This document shows positions 9,198-20,172 of a DNA stretch of 20,172 bases, one piece after another. The notes beneath the pieces are model-generated. The model saw nothing but the letters and a program-made list of their open reading frames with translations, was not told the DNA's origin and ran no database searches. The DNA is from Ginkgo biloba (taxonomy: Eukaryota; Plantae; Ginkgophyta), in assembly GCA_024626585.2 (NCBI GenBank), contig JANKJI020000004.1, positions 122,747,519 through 122,767,690 of the forward strand, given 5' to 3'. Made by a program: the position numbers and the translations under genes. Each line of letters begins with the position of its first letter. Within the stretch, counting starts at the first letter, position 1.

Positions 9198-11489
9198 NNN
9201 NNNNNNNNNNNNNNNNNNNNNNNNNNNNNNNNNNNNNNNNNNNNNNNNNNNNNNNNNNNNNNNNNNNNNNNNNNTATCTTTCTTCTACTATACATATCCT
9301 GGGTTTTAGATCAGGTTGGAACTTGTTGTATTAGGGGAATGTTTTGCAAAGGAGAGAAGATGAAATTAGTATAATGGTTTTAGTAATTACCCCTATAGTA
9401 GGGAGTTTGGTTAGATATTTAAAAATGAAGAAAATGTTTTGCACATTCATTTCTGGCTATGTTGGAATATGTGTTATGTATCTTTATTTCTGCTTGAGTG
9501 AATTACGAATGTTATTTTTATACCTAGCTACGTTGTCAAATTATAAATAAACATAATTCAAGATATATTTCCCTATTTTTTGTTTAATCATTTCATCTGA
9601 TCAATGTGTGGTATGGTATTTAGGATTCTCCTACTTTATTATTCAAACTATCACTANNNNNNNNNNNNNNNNNNNNNNNNNNNNNNNNNCTCACTACTAT
9701 ATTAAGAGGCCTACCTATGTTTATAGATTGATTCTAATAGTTACCCATTCCACTTAGTAGAAAACACATTATAATTTTCTCCTTCTACACTCATCTACTA
9801 GCATCAATCCAAACCCCATTTCATATTACCGTCCCGTAGGTGATGTAAATAGTTTTTTTCATGTATTTCAATATCTTATTTTTTTAATATTTTATAATAA
9901 GGGAACCACTCCTCATAAGTTGGAGGATCATATGACCCCTTACTTTTATGCTAACTTGACANNNNNNNNNNNNNNNNNNNNNNNNNNNNNNNNNNNNNNN
10001 NNNNNNNNNNNNNNNNNNNNNNNNNNNNNNNNNNNNNNNNNNNNNNNNNNNNNNNNNNNNNGCAAAATAATCCATATATATAAAAAAAATGAGTATATAT
10101 ATGATTTGAGAAATTCATATTCCTCACTATAGGTTTGGGAGTTAGAAATCCAAGAGGCCAAAATTAAGAATAAAGTTTGTAACTATTATCTAGTCACTAA
10201 CTTTATATCTTCCCTAACTATTAATCACCTTTTAAATACTACTAAATTAATAATTATGCTCTAATACATTAATTAAAATTGTATATAATATTTTAGGATC
10301 TCCATATATATAAATTTTATAAAATTTGGAGATATGAGTGAAAAGTTATGTCTAAAATACCAAGACTATATTAAAACTATCCTTTTCTACTAAATCTAAA
10401 AAGTTACCTTGCATTCACTAGTAAATTATGGCTTATTCGTTATAAATTAGAGAATGAGTAAAAAATAATAATTGTAAATTACTCCATTTTATTTTTATCA
10501 ATATAAAGAACTTCAAAATATACTAAATGGTTTGGAAGTTATTTTTCTCCTTCTTTATTTCCAATTTATCAAATATGATCTCTAAATCAATTTATGTTGT
10601 AAAAGATACGGTATAATAAGGTTTAAAAGTATTACTTCTAAAATGGCTTTAAAAAGGAACATTCCATAAAGATATTGATCCAAGAATGCATACAAAATTT
10701 CTTAAGGATATCATAAATGAATCTAAGGATGAAAATTAACCATATTAGTTTGATATAATATGAAGAGATCAATATTTAGGATGATTTGGAGATTATTTTT
10801 TCTCAAGGAAGACATGATTAGAAAGAAATCCAAATGTTGTTTATAGCCAAATTTGACAGATTGAAGGCTAGATAAATGAAGTTATAATATGATGGTAATA
10901 TTTCTATAGAAGGATGAAGAATCATGGAAATAGTCCTATATCCTAGTAGATGAAGGAAGAAGTAAGCTTAGAGCACATGCACTAGGAGTAACATTATTTG
11001 GGATACTATATAGTTGGATTGACATTTGGAAATAAAAGGAGAGATCAATAAGTGGTATCCATTTGAAAACAATATTATAAGCTTATGGAAAAGAAATAAG
11101 AAGGATAACAATGTGGTATTACATAAAGTGAAATATAGAATTGTGGACTTTACATTCCAAGATGAAGCAAATAAACATAATTGTTATATGCCTAAGATGA
11201 TAAAGCATGAAGAAGCATAAGAAATCTTGATCCTTAAGCATTAGAAAAGAGAACAAATTATAAATAGGGAAGTGCTTTAATAGTTTTCTCAAAAAACTAA
11301 GGACAAACTAGATCAAATTTTATATAGGAGAAAATCGTCAGAAACTAAACATTTAAGAGATGGAAGAAGGGTTGAGATATGATACTAATTATAATGAATC
11401 TATAATAGCATAGGAACATGAAGTTTTTACAAAATACATTGATGTGTAAGTCTACTTGGACTTACAAAGATCTCAAGGGAATCCCTATA

Positions 11490-14175
11490 GAGATTAGCCA
11501 ATTAAGAATTGAATTAGAAGAGGAAGATGAGCCCATAAGGTAGAGACCCTATAGAATAAATCAAAATTTAAAAAGGATGTTCAAGTGGAGTTGAAAGTTG
11601 TTGGTTGTAAATGTATTTATGCTTGGAATAGAGTGAGTGGTTTTTCCCAATTATCATAGGGAAAAAAAAAATGTTAAGTTGAGGATACATGTGGATTTAA
11701 AAAAAATGAACAATGTTACTAAGAAAGACCCCTTTCATGCTCCTTTCAAAATAAGTATTAGAAATTGCATTAGGAAGGGGAGTCTACTAATTTACTTGTG
11801 AGTTTTTAGGATATAATTAAGTACAAACTCATTTAGATGACTAGTTAAAAACTACATTTAAAATTGAATGGGGATCTTATGCATAGAGAGTGATGCCATT
11901 TGGGTTGATAAATGTACCAATACAATTTTCTAAAATAATCATAGTTGTATTTAAAGACTTTGTCCATATGTTCATAGAAGTCTATTTAGATGATCGGTTT
12001 ATCTTTAGATTTATTAGAGATCACATTGCTCATTTAAATACAATGTTATAAAGGTGCAAAGAAATAAGAATATCATTAATCTCTATAAAATGTTAGTTGT
12101 TAATCCCATATGGAAACTCTTAAGACACATTGTTTATAAAGAAGAATCAATGGTGGACACTACAAAAGTAAGAGTGATCCTTGAAATCTAGCCACTAATG
12201 AATCCATCTCAAATAAAGAAGTTCTTTGGATATTGGGGATACTATAGAAAATTCATCAAAGGATATGCAAATATTGCTAGCTCATTCGAAAGTCTATTAA
12301 GAAATGATGAGCCATTTATTTGGTCATAAAAATACCAAATGACTTTTAAGTTAAATCGAAGATAAAGACTTCAAAAGCATGAATCCTATAATTTCTAAAT
12401 TGAAAAGTAAAGTTTCATATACAGGTGGATGCTTTTACCATATCCATTAGAGCCATATTATCTTAATCTTGCGAAGGTTATATTAATCGTTTGATTTACT
12501 TTAGTAGTGTAGAAAATTAAGCAAAGCAAAGAATAGTTATATGTAACCATAAAAAGGGAGGCTCTAGGAATGATCTATGCATTACAATTTCAAAAATTAC
12601 TTATTGGGTAATGATTTTGAGTTTAATGTGGACCATCAAATTCTTATATTATAAATGAGACAAATCCATAGGGAAGATTAAATAGGTGGGTTATATTCCT
12701 TGAAGAGAACGTCATTGGAATTTTTGTAAAACCTAGTAAAAGACACCTTAGACTAGATCATTTATCTAGAATCAAGATAGGAGAGGTGGGGAAAATTCAT
12801 GAGGAGTTTTCTAATGTTAACTTATTATGACTTGAGGCTTTTCCTAACCACTTAATGGACATCACATGATTTTTTAATATAGGAATAACAACGAAGAGAT
12901 GATAGTACAATAAAAGAAATATTTGGCATAAAGGGCCATATCTTACATATTAATTAAAGATCAACTATACAATATGGAGAAAGATGAGGTGTTGAGAAAA
13001 TGCATAATATGAGAAGAAATATTGAATGTCCTTGGGGATGCTTGTGAAGGATCAACAAGAGGACACTATTTTAGAGAATTAACTACATAGAAAGTATTGA
13101 TGTTAGGCCTTTTGTGGCCATTAGTATTTAAGGATGCTTATGTTTTAAGGATGCTTATGTGTAGGCCAAATCTTGTGATGTCTATTAGAGGGTTAGAAGA
13201 TCCACTTATAAAAATTCCATGCCTTTCAATTCGATAATAGATTCTCTAACTTCTAAAAAATAAGGGATTGGCTTTATTAGACTAATTAAGCTACAATAAG
13301 AAGAATATAATATGGATATATATTTATTACAATAGATTGCCTAACCGAGTAGGTAGAGGCAAGAGTTGCCAAGGATATTGGTGTAAGAACAACACCTAAA
13401 TTGATATATAAATTAGGCATCATATGTTTGAATATCTTGTTAAACTTGTAAGCGATCATAGCATACATTTCTTGAATAAGGTAGTGCAAACTTGATTGAG
13501 GAATTTATACTTTAGGAAAAGAAAGCACACCTTACTATCTGAGGTAAAATGGATTAGTAGAATCTTCCAACAAAATTATTTGTAATGCCTTGATTAAGAC
13601 TTGTGAGGTGAAAAAGAAGGAATTGGCAGAAAAACTACATTTAATATTATGGGCTTTTAGGACTAAATATAAAAATCTACCAGTCACACTCTATTTCAAT
13701 TGGTATATGGTCAGATAGTTATCCTTCGTATGGAAGTGTAGGTTTTGTCGCTCATGATTATAGTGAAGGAAATACATAAAGTCTTTAAAATAGAGATTAC
13801 TTTAATTAAAGAGGTTAAAATGAAATAAAACCTGGTCAGTACGGTAATAAAGATGGGGTGATATGAAGTCTTTAAAGGAAAGGTTGCTTCAATTGAATAC
13901 GCTGAAAGGAAACAAAACCTTTGTAGTACGACGACAAAATGTTGTTAAAAAAAGAATCAACAATTTTGTGATTGAAAGATCAATGAAATAAAAATGTATA
14001 AGTGATATAATTCTCCTTTTATATATAGCAAGTACAAAAGTATGAAAGGAAAGTGAAAAATAGGAGGGCTTGGTCCCTATTTACTTGTTAAACTTTATTA
14101 AAAAATAATGAAATTGATTGGAGTGCCAAAAGTGAAGATGACAAGAATGGAACCCATTTAAAACTGTTCCACTAG
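11490..14175 (+). mobile_element. Decayed Ty3/gypsy pol, RT-RNaseH-integrase, non-chromovirus (Athila/Tat-like) clade; the protease/linker probably extends upstream to ~10600
   Basis: Motifs occur in gypsy order: EPIR*RPYR; SEWFFPIII; KLRIHVDLKKMNNVTKKDPF; GYN*V..D*LKTTF..WGSYA*RVMPFGL (MPFGL 11893-11907); EVYLDD (YLDD 11983-11994); FHIQVDAF; RKLSKA; REALGMIYAL; YLLGNDFEFNVDHQ; DHLSRI; GSTRGHY..GLLWP..KSCDVY*R (HHCC zinc finger); *GIGFI; DCLTE*VEA; LVSDHSIHFLN; TPYY..NGLVESSNK; LWAFRT; FQLVYG; GLGPY (14066-14080); NGTHLKLFH* (stop 14173-14175). It has many stops and frameshifts and no chromodomain. Confidence 0.97.
13127..13160. repeat. Perfect 17-bp tandem duplication within the integrase zinc-finger region (frameshifting)
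   Basis: tttaaggatgcttatgt occurs twice (13127-13143, 13144-13160). Confidence 0.95.
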
Positions 14176-14189
14176 TGAATTGAAATGTC

Positions 14190-15290
14190 AAAAAGAGATC
14201 CGTTCAAAGAGATTGGTCATCGAGCTCCTCGCCGCATCAAGTTTTTTTTTTTAAGCATGGAAAGCAAACCTTATCCTGTTAATGCGGTTGATAAAATTTC
14301 CACCATGCAATTATAATATATTCCTCGTCCTTCTCCATACAACGCTTGGCCCACCATTGTTTTTGAGGCAGCTCGCCGATGCCTTTCTATATTTTTGAAT
14401 TCTTTTCACATGTTCCCTCTCGTCGACGACGCCCATTTCCTATTTTCGGCGACGCACATCATGAGAGAGAGATGAAGCGACGCACAAACATGTAGAAATA
14501 GATAGCAAAAATGTCGAGGTGCCGCACATGATTGGTGGNNNNNNNNNNNNNNNNNNNNNNNNNNNNNNNNNNNNNNNNNNNNNNNNNNNNNNNNNNNNNN
14601 NNNNTTAGAGAGTGTATGTGTTCATTAGTTTGCCATTAACAAATACTAATGAAGTTGCCTTTCATACTTAAGTACTCAAAATTTGTAAAGATGATGCCTT
14701 AGGTGATATGGTTGACAGTCAAAGTAGGTGGAGACGAGGTTGAAATTTGGGGCATGAAGGTGTTGTTATGCATTTTGTGTATTCTGTCAACGTGTATTCT
14801 ATCACTATGCATTTCAGACTAAGGAGAATAGAAGTGGGTCCCGTTAATGTTGTCCATAAACATGTGAAATTGAGAATAGAAGTGGGACCCATTAATGATG
14901 CCCATAAACATCTATCACACCACCAATGCACTCATTAATCTTTGGCCTATCTAGTAGGAAGCCATTTATTATTATGGGATTCGCATTGGAAAGAGAAAAA
15001 TTTGTTAAGGAGATTTATCTCAACTTTTTAACTTCACTTTCTAATTTCTTTATTTAAGCCACTATCTTTTCATAAACTAAGATGACTCCATACTCCATTT
15101 AATGTGTTACGAGTTGCCATCCTTTGGTTGCGTCACAACTTATATGGTTAGGCACATATTGGGTATAAGTTATAGCCATTATTCGTGGGGTCAACTTCAA
15201 TCCTTAATTTGAGCGTCACACCTTAGAATAATTACAACAAACTCACATTGAAAAGCTAACAAATGCAAATGGAAGGAAAGCAAAAGGGAT
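14190..15290 (+). repeat. Copy B of the diverged long direct repeat (partner 2220-3690)
   Basis: It has the same colinear blocks as copy A, with several large indels. Identity in aligned blocks is about 70-80% by eye. Confidence 0.92.
14824..14911. repeat. 48-bp-period tandem duplication
   Basis: gagaatagaagtgggtcccgttaatgttgtccataaacat (14824) matches gagaatagaagtgggacccattaatgatgcccataaacat (14872). The unit is single-copy in the partner repeat near 3145-3183. Confidence 0.93.
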
Positions 15291-15619
15291 GTGTATGAGG
15301 TTAGGTACCATGTTAACTACATTGTCATGATGAGCACCATCTAGTATCTAGCACACATGTTGAAGTTTAGCTCACTTTAGTTAACTCTTACATACGATTG
15401 ATATGCCATTATAAAAGCGAAAAGAAATCATAACCTTAAATAAAAAAATCACAATCTTACAAGTTGGTCAACCTAGTCATCATCTAAATATCCCCCTTCC
15501 TCCCTTATGTTTGCACGTAGGGGTTTCCATTGCACTTCCTTAGGATTAGTGTCGTCACATGTTGTTTTTTTTCATTGTTGTTTGGCACCTTCTTCCTTTC
15601 CCTACCTTATCTCTCAATA

Positions 15620-16800
15620 CCTTCTCTTTTAATCTCTTTTGCACCACTTGCTATAGTAGCAACCTTCATCATATCCCCCCTTCCTTAATTGTGTTATTTT
15701 AGAGGTTATTACAGACTATTTTTGCTATGTCATCTGATAGGAGCAAGGTGGAAATTTTAGATGCCAATAGTCATGTCTCCTTTGGTTTTAACAATGCATA
15801 TATGTAGATCCCTTTCTTTCATTTCCTCCCCCACATTATATATGTCATTTCTTGTTAAAGTTGCTTTAGGTACCACTTGTAGAGAAGTTGGCATCTACGG
15901 GGATATAAAATTATTCTTTTTCCTTCCATATTTTAATATTTGTTTTATCAAGTTATTTGGTATTATTTAATCTTTTAGATTTTTGATTTCCAACCTTTAA
16001 TTATGGTCCTTCTATGCCATGAGGAATTCTCTGTATAAGTGATAGAGATTTTTAAGGGTAAATTAAATTTCTAATTTGTTCTATATATCCTTTTAGTTTG
16101 TCATTGCTAATAGGGTTGATGGGCTATCTATTTTTACAAGAAATGCTCTTTGAGATCTAGAATTGTTTCTCATACCTTTACCTCTATGAATAATGTGCTT
16201 CCTATAAGAATGATACCATATACAAATAATTAATAGTGTCCTTCTTTGACCATTAGTATTCCTTTTAGAATCCCAACTTTAGTGCATTGATTATTAAGAA
16301 GTTGTGACAAAGTGTACATAGCTAGACTTTTGTTATAGAGATATTAAACATCTTTAGCCAAGGCTTATAGTAGTGCCAAAATATTAAGTGTGGCAAATCC
16401 AATTACCATTTTTTTTTTCTCATTTTAAAAATGAAAGTCAATTTCTATTATCAAAATAATCCATTTACATAGCACAAAGGCATAATCACATTTTTAGTTA
16501 AAAAAGAAGCAATAAATTACATCTCTACTTGTAAGAATAATCTATTTACCAATGTTATTAATCAATTTTTTTTTAATAGGCACTACTACCTATTCAATAT
16601 AGTAATCCTAGGCTTTACTTAAAATATTAATCAAGTTAGGAACAACAAATACATCCATATTTATCATAGGCTTTTAGAGGTAGACTTTTATAATAAGAGT
16701 TATTTATTTATGTTTCTTAATACATGTAGAAGTTTTTATATTATTTGTGTTCTCATGGATTCTTCTCACTTTTATGAAGATTGATTATTCCTTTTGTGAT
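15620..16800 (-). mobile_element. Heavily decayed LINE (L1-like) ORF2 reverse transcriptase region; may extend to an endonuclease SDH-like motif near 17320-17335
   Basis: Ordered minus-strand motifs are ITKGIINLHK (16800-16771; G.I.LIPK), ITLL (~16703-16691), *RCLISL (16356-16336; QGCPISP after C>T/G>A changes), LAMYTLSQLL (16325-16296), LFVYGIILIG (16229-16200; LFADD..L), WKEK (15928-15917) and AKIV..KEGGI (15686-15672; GGLG), followed by a KW motif. Confidence 0.75.
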
Positions 16801-17574
16801 TAGAATGAAATTATTAATTGAAGCCTATTGCCTATGGTTTAGTTAAAATATATAACATACATCTAATAATGCAATATGTATCTCATACTTATAGGTGTGT
16901 ATTATTTTCCTTCAAAGATCAAGGTTGTTTAAAAAGTATCAATAGTTTATTTATTTATTGTCAACCTCTTCTCAATTATATTGATATAAACCTTCTCAAA
17001 TATTATAAGGATCTCCACATATATTAGATTATCCATATACACAATCAATATTTCTTCTATATCTACCAATATTATTAGTTTTAGACAATGATATACTTTA
17101 GAATTTTTTTTTTCCACATTTCTTACACACCTATTATACTCTCTATTCCATAGGATCAAATTATGACCTCATGATTCCAAAAGTTCATAATTATTATTTC
17201 CTACCTTAAAGGTTTGAAGTCACACCTCCTAATAAGCATGCCTACCTTATAACTTTATAGGACTCAACTAAAATCCATTATAATTGTTCACTCTACTCAA
17301 TGAATAAACATATATCTAAGTGAATATGATCTTTAAATAAATTGAGGTACAATTTTATACCCATATTTTTTATTTGATATCACAAGTGTAATANNNNNNN
17401 NNNNNNNNNNNNNNNNNNNNNNNNNNNNNNNNNNNNNNNNNNNNNNNNNNNNNNNNNNNNNNNNNNNNNNNNNNNNNNNNNNNNNNNNNNNNNAGATTAT
17501 AATCTTTGAGCAATAGGTCTTACGTGTAAAGGGTCGTGTACCCATGTTTCGAAATTTCCATCCAAAGCGTTGAG

Positions 17575-18010
17575 CCAAAACATTTGATATCTTATATAGT
17601 GTTGGTGTATACTCGTCTAGTGAATTTTACTACTATTTTTTCTTTAGCTTCTTAGATTTTTTATTTGTTTAACATCATATATAATGCATCCATATACTCC
17701 TCCACAATTTATCTTCTTATTTGAATAAGGCATTGCTAATTTGTGAATATTTTATTCGAGTAGCATAATGATTAAAATTTCCTCGTTAAAAAGGTATTAA
17801 ATTTCTCCCATATAGTGATATGTTGATTAGTTTGTTGATTTCTATAACATCTCCACCAAACTAGTAAATATTTCACTTCCTCATTAGGTAAGAGTATTCT
17901 TTATGTTATAATGGCCTTGAGACTAATAATAGGATTATAAATCTTAGATCTTATTTTCCAACTTTTTTATATCAATGATGCCATTATATACCTTATTCTC
18001 CAACTTAATG
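17575..18010 (-). mobile_element. Decayed Ty3/gypsy gag (Retrotrans_gag-type domain)
   Basis: Minus strand reads YNGIIDIKKLENKI*DL*SYY, then LVWWRCYRNQQTNQHITIWEKFNTFLTRKF*SLCY...QCLIQIRR*IVEEYMDALY...EKIVVKFTRRV. This matches the WW..W..F...L...F / L.Q....VEEY / KF..GL pattern (WW 17858-17853; VEEY 17705-17694). Confidence 0.88.
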
Positions 18011-19881
18011 TACACCGTAATTAGTCAAAGTCTCTGTAATGAATGTAAAGTTAATTATAATGGGTTTATTTAAGGATTTTATATGATCAATACTTGCATG
18101 ATAACTTGGATCATTATAGAAGAATATAATTTTATCGACCCATATGTAGTATAAGTGTAAAATGCTTTGTAGTAGAAATTAAGAATAGAAAGGGAATATT
18201 CTTAAAGAGAAGAATTGGTAGATATATATTTTTTAATTTAGGAAAGAGATAGGATAAAGTGTTAAAATAAATAAACATTCATTCTTTAGAAGAATCATGC
18301 ATGAGATCTATGTATATTTTTTATGTTGTAATAATTCATTGTTATAGAAAAATAATGTGAACATTTGATTTCAATAGCAAAGTCACTTTAAGTTAAGTCC
18401 ATGCCTAAGTAAGCCATTGCCAATTTTTTTAATTGCAAATCAAGAATAATAAACTCTTCATGATTATAAGTATGAGGCGGCATTCTTGAAGGTATTCACA
18501 CTAAATCATATTAAGGTGTACACTAATAGCACCGAGTCTACTTAATACTAAGAAAGAAAAGATCACTAAGTGAAGAGCATAATATCTTTCTTAAGAGTTT
18601 TTTTGTATAGATTTATAAATGAGAGTTAAATATTTATAATTTAATAACAAGAATGAGGATACAAGAAAAGTATTAGTGTAACATTCAAGAATTATAATTT
18701 TTTTTTATTTAATCTATAAATGTTTCATAAAGAATAAGAATAATAGAAAGATCAACATAAGAGAAGTTGAATGATAGAATATTGAGAAAATATTAGTGAA
18801 TATCAAAGTTAACTTTAATGGATTGAGTTATATTTCATTACAAAGAAGGTAGGATATCTTTAACAAGTTAAAAGATAAAAGGTTTTAACATAAATTTGGT
18901 CGCATTCTAGCTTTTTAGTTTTTTAATATTGGAAAATGAATCGGGTGACCAACGTAGTCATGTGTTGCTCAATTAGTGAAATCGAGTTTGCCTGACCAAC
19001 TCTAACAATCTTCCGTTCGCTGGATTGAATGGTACAGAATATTATCTGCCTATGTGAGGCAGGATATTTGTCATTCATTGAGGTTGGGTTAAGTGTTCCA
19101 CATCAGGGTTTTCTTTATAATGGTCACATTCAGAATTCAATACTTGCATTAAAAAAATCAAGAATTTAGAGAACCTATTACACCTTTATAGTCCTATTTT
19201 CTTTTTACTTAATTTTATAGAATTTGTTAGTTATCTTATTTATATTTTATTCTCACAAGAAGACTCCCTTCTCTATTCTAACTATACATTATCTATGTTC
19301 TACCACTCACTATCCTACTTTATACAAAATATCTAAGAATTTAGATTTTTTGACTTTAGGCTAAGTTAGGAAAACATATCGTGTCACCAAACAAAGGTGT
19401 GACTTCATTCAACAGGCACATGGTGTATATTAGGAAATGCACACTGGCAACATGAAAAGATGTATCATATCCATGAAAAGGTATGACATCCTACAAATTT
19501 CAACAAGAGATAGATATTTCATATAATTTTATCTCAATCAGAAATATCTTAGCTCTAGGAAACTCTTATATCTTTCTTTAGGCATCAAGAAGATGAAGAT
19601 CACCTTCTATTAGACTTAAGAGATTCTTTTGAGTGTATTTAGAGCATCAAGAATTTCACTCACTCTCCATTTTTTTTATAGAATAATCCATACATCTAAA
19701 ACACATCACACATCCATGGCCATCGTTTGATATATTTTTTCTTACTCATCAACATTCTAATTAGAAGTAAGAAAAGGGAAACCATCAATATCTTTATCAC
19801 ATTCCTCTTTAGACTTAATCATTATGCTTGTTCATTAGATGATCTCCTCACTAGTTTATCAACCTTAAATTTTTGTTTAGT

Positions 19882-20172
19882 ACCATAAGTGATGGTCATT
19901 CTCCTTATTCAACATGTAATCACATCATTTATAGTAGTTATCATAGGGTATCTAAGGATAATAGGATATCCTTTAAGGTCCTTTTTAGGTTGAATCATTA
20001 AAAAATTAATTCGGTACTTCTAGTTAGTAATTGAAATAAAAATTATTATCCAATATTCCTTTTAATTAGACAATGGATCTATTGGACATTTACAAAATAT
20101 TATGGATTTTTTAAGGTGATGTACCATCCTAATCATGGAGGGGGCTAGTGTTTGGTCCTATGGAGTCAAGCC
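19882..20172 (-). mobile_element. Decayed Ty3/gypsy aspartic protease, C-terminal half (non-chromovirus type)
   Basis: Minus strand reads NRSIV*LKGILDN (ADRS...P.GILED), then *KYRINFLMIQPKKDLKGYPIILRYPMITTINDVITC*IRRMTITYG (WEYP.DF...QPK....YP.ILGRPWLAT..A.I.C..G.MTI..G). Confidence 0.85.

Larger units (their letters stand above)
1237..17493. other. 14 assembly gaps (N runs) scattered across this span
   Basis: The gaps are 1237-1336, 2337-2827, 3783-3807, 4463-4562, 5195-5227, 5672-5771, 5989-6066, 6973-7072, 8238-8337, 9198-9274, 9657-9689, 9962-10061, 14539-14604 and 17394-17493. Seven are exactly 100 N (unknown size), so adjacency across them is uncertain. Confidence 0.99.

Noticed and set aside
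9690-9840. Minus-strand VWIDAS / KWGLD resembling RNase H or integrase motifs
   Set aside because: These are isolated short matches in different frames without convincing flanking motifs.
10600-11220. Protease active site (ILVDEG near 10939 or DIDP near 10670) and the 64-aa ORF 11026-11220
   Set aside because: The position upstream of RT fits, but the sequence is too decayed to assign the catalytic motif. The ORF is probably a residual pol linker rather than a gene.
14824-14911. Repeat-spacer-like pattern (CRISPR)
   Set aside because: It is two adjacent 48-bp units without unique spacers or cas genes, in a eukaryotic context.
1173-17578. Track ORFs containing X runs (for example 2307-2867, 2320-2838, 4304-4600, 5624-5851, 9884-10161, 17333-17578)
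   Set aside because: They are open only because N gaps contain no stop codons.
1-20172. An intact novel multi-gene system or endogenous virus (for example a caulimovirid)
   Set aside because: There are no long intact ORFs. All RT remnants carry gypsy or LINE signatures, one with an integrase, and I see no movement- or coat-protein motifs.

Overview
This is AT-rich (roughly 30% GC by eye) eukaryotic DNA from a fragmented draft scaffold with 14 N-gaps, seven of them 100-N placeholders. It is almost certainly land-plant intergenic or heterochromatic sequence; the element types suggest a large-genome, possibly gymnosperm or other non-flowering plant (inference). I find no intact protein-coding gene, rRNA, tRNA or CRISPR array, and none of the supplied ORFs is a credible intact CDS. 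The window is a nest of heavily decayed retroelements that I recognised by manual translation through stops and frameshifts. These are a near-complete non-chromovirus (Athila/Tat-like) Ty3/gypsy RT-RNaseH-integrase on + (~11490-14175), a chromovirus-type gypsy RT-RNaseH on - (4563-5560), a gypsy gag on - (17575-18010), a gypsy protease on - (19882-20172), a LINE ORF2 on - (15620-16800), a possible second LINE scrap on + (~2000-2115), and an iMet PBS with a putative LTR on - (8168-8743). Structure these elements do not explain includes a 742-bp tandem duplication at the window start, an old ~1.1-1.5 kb direct repeat (2220-3690 vs 14190-15290), CpG-retaining islands inside otherwise deaminated DNA, an orphan decayed ORF (8763-9197), and a candidate structured-RNA hairpin (~18990-19105). 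I cannot support a claim of a new intact biological system; the leads are ranked in the findings. All identity figures are by-eye estimates.
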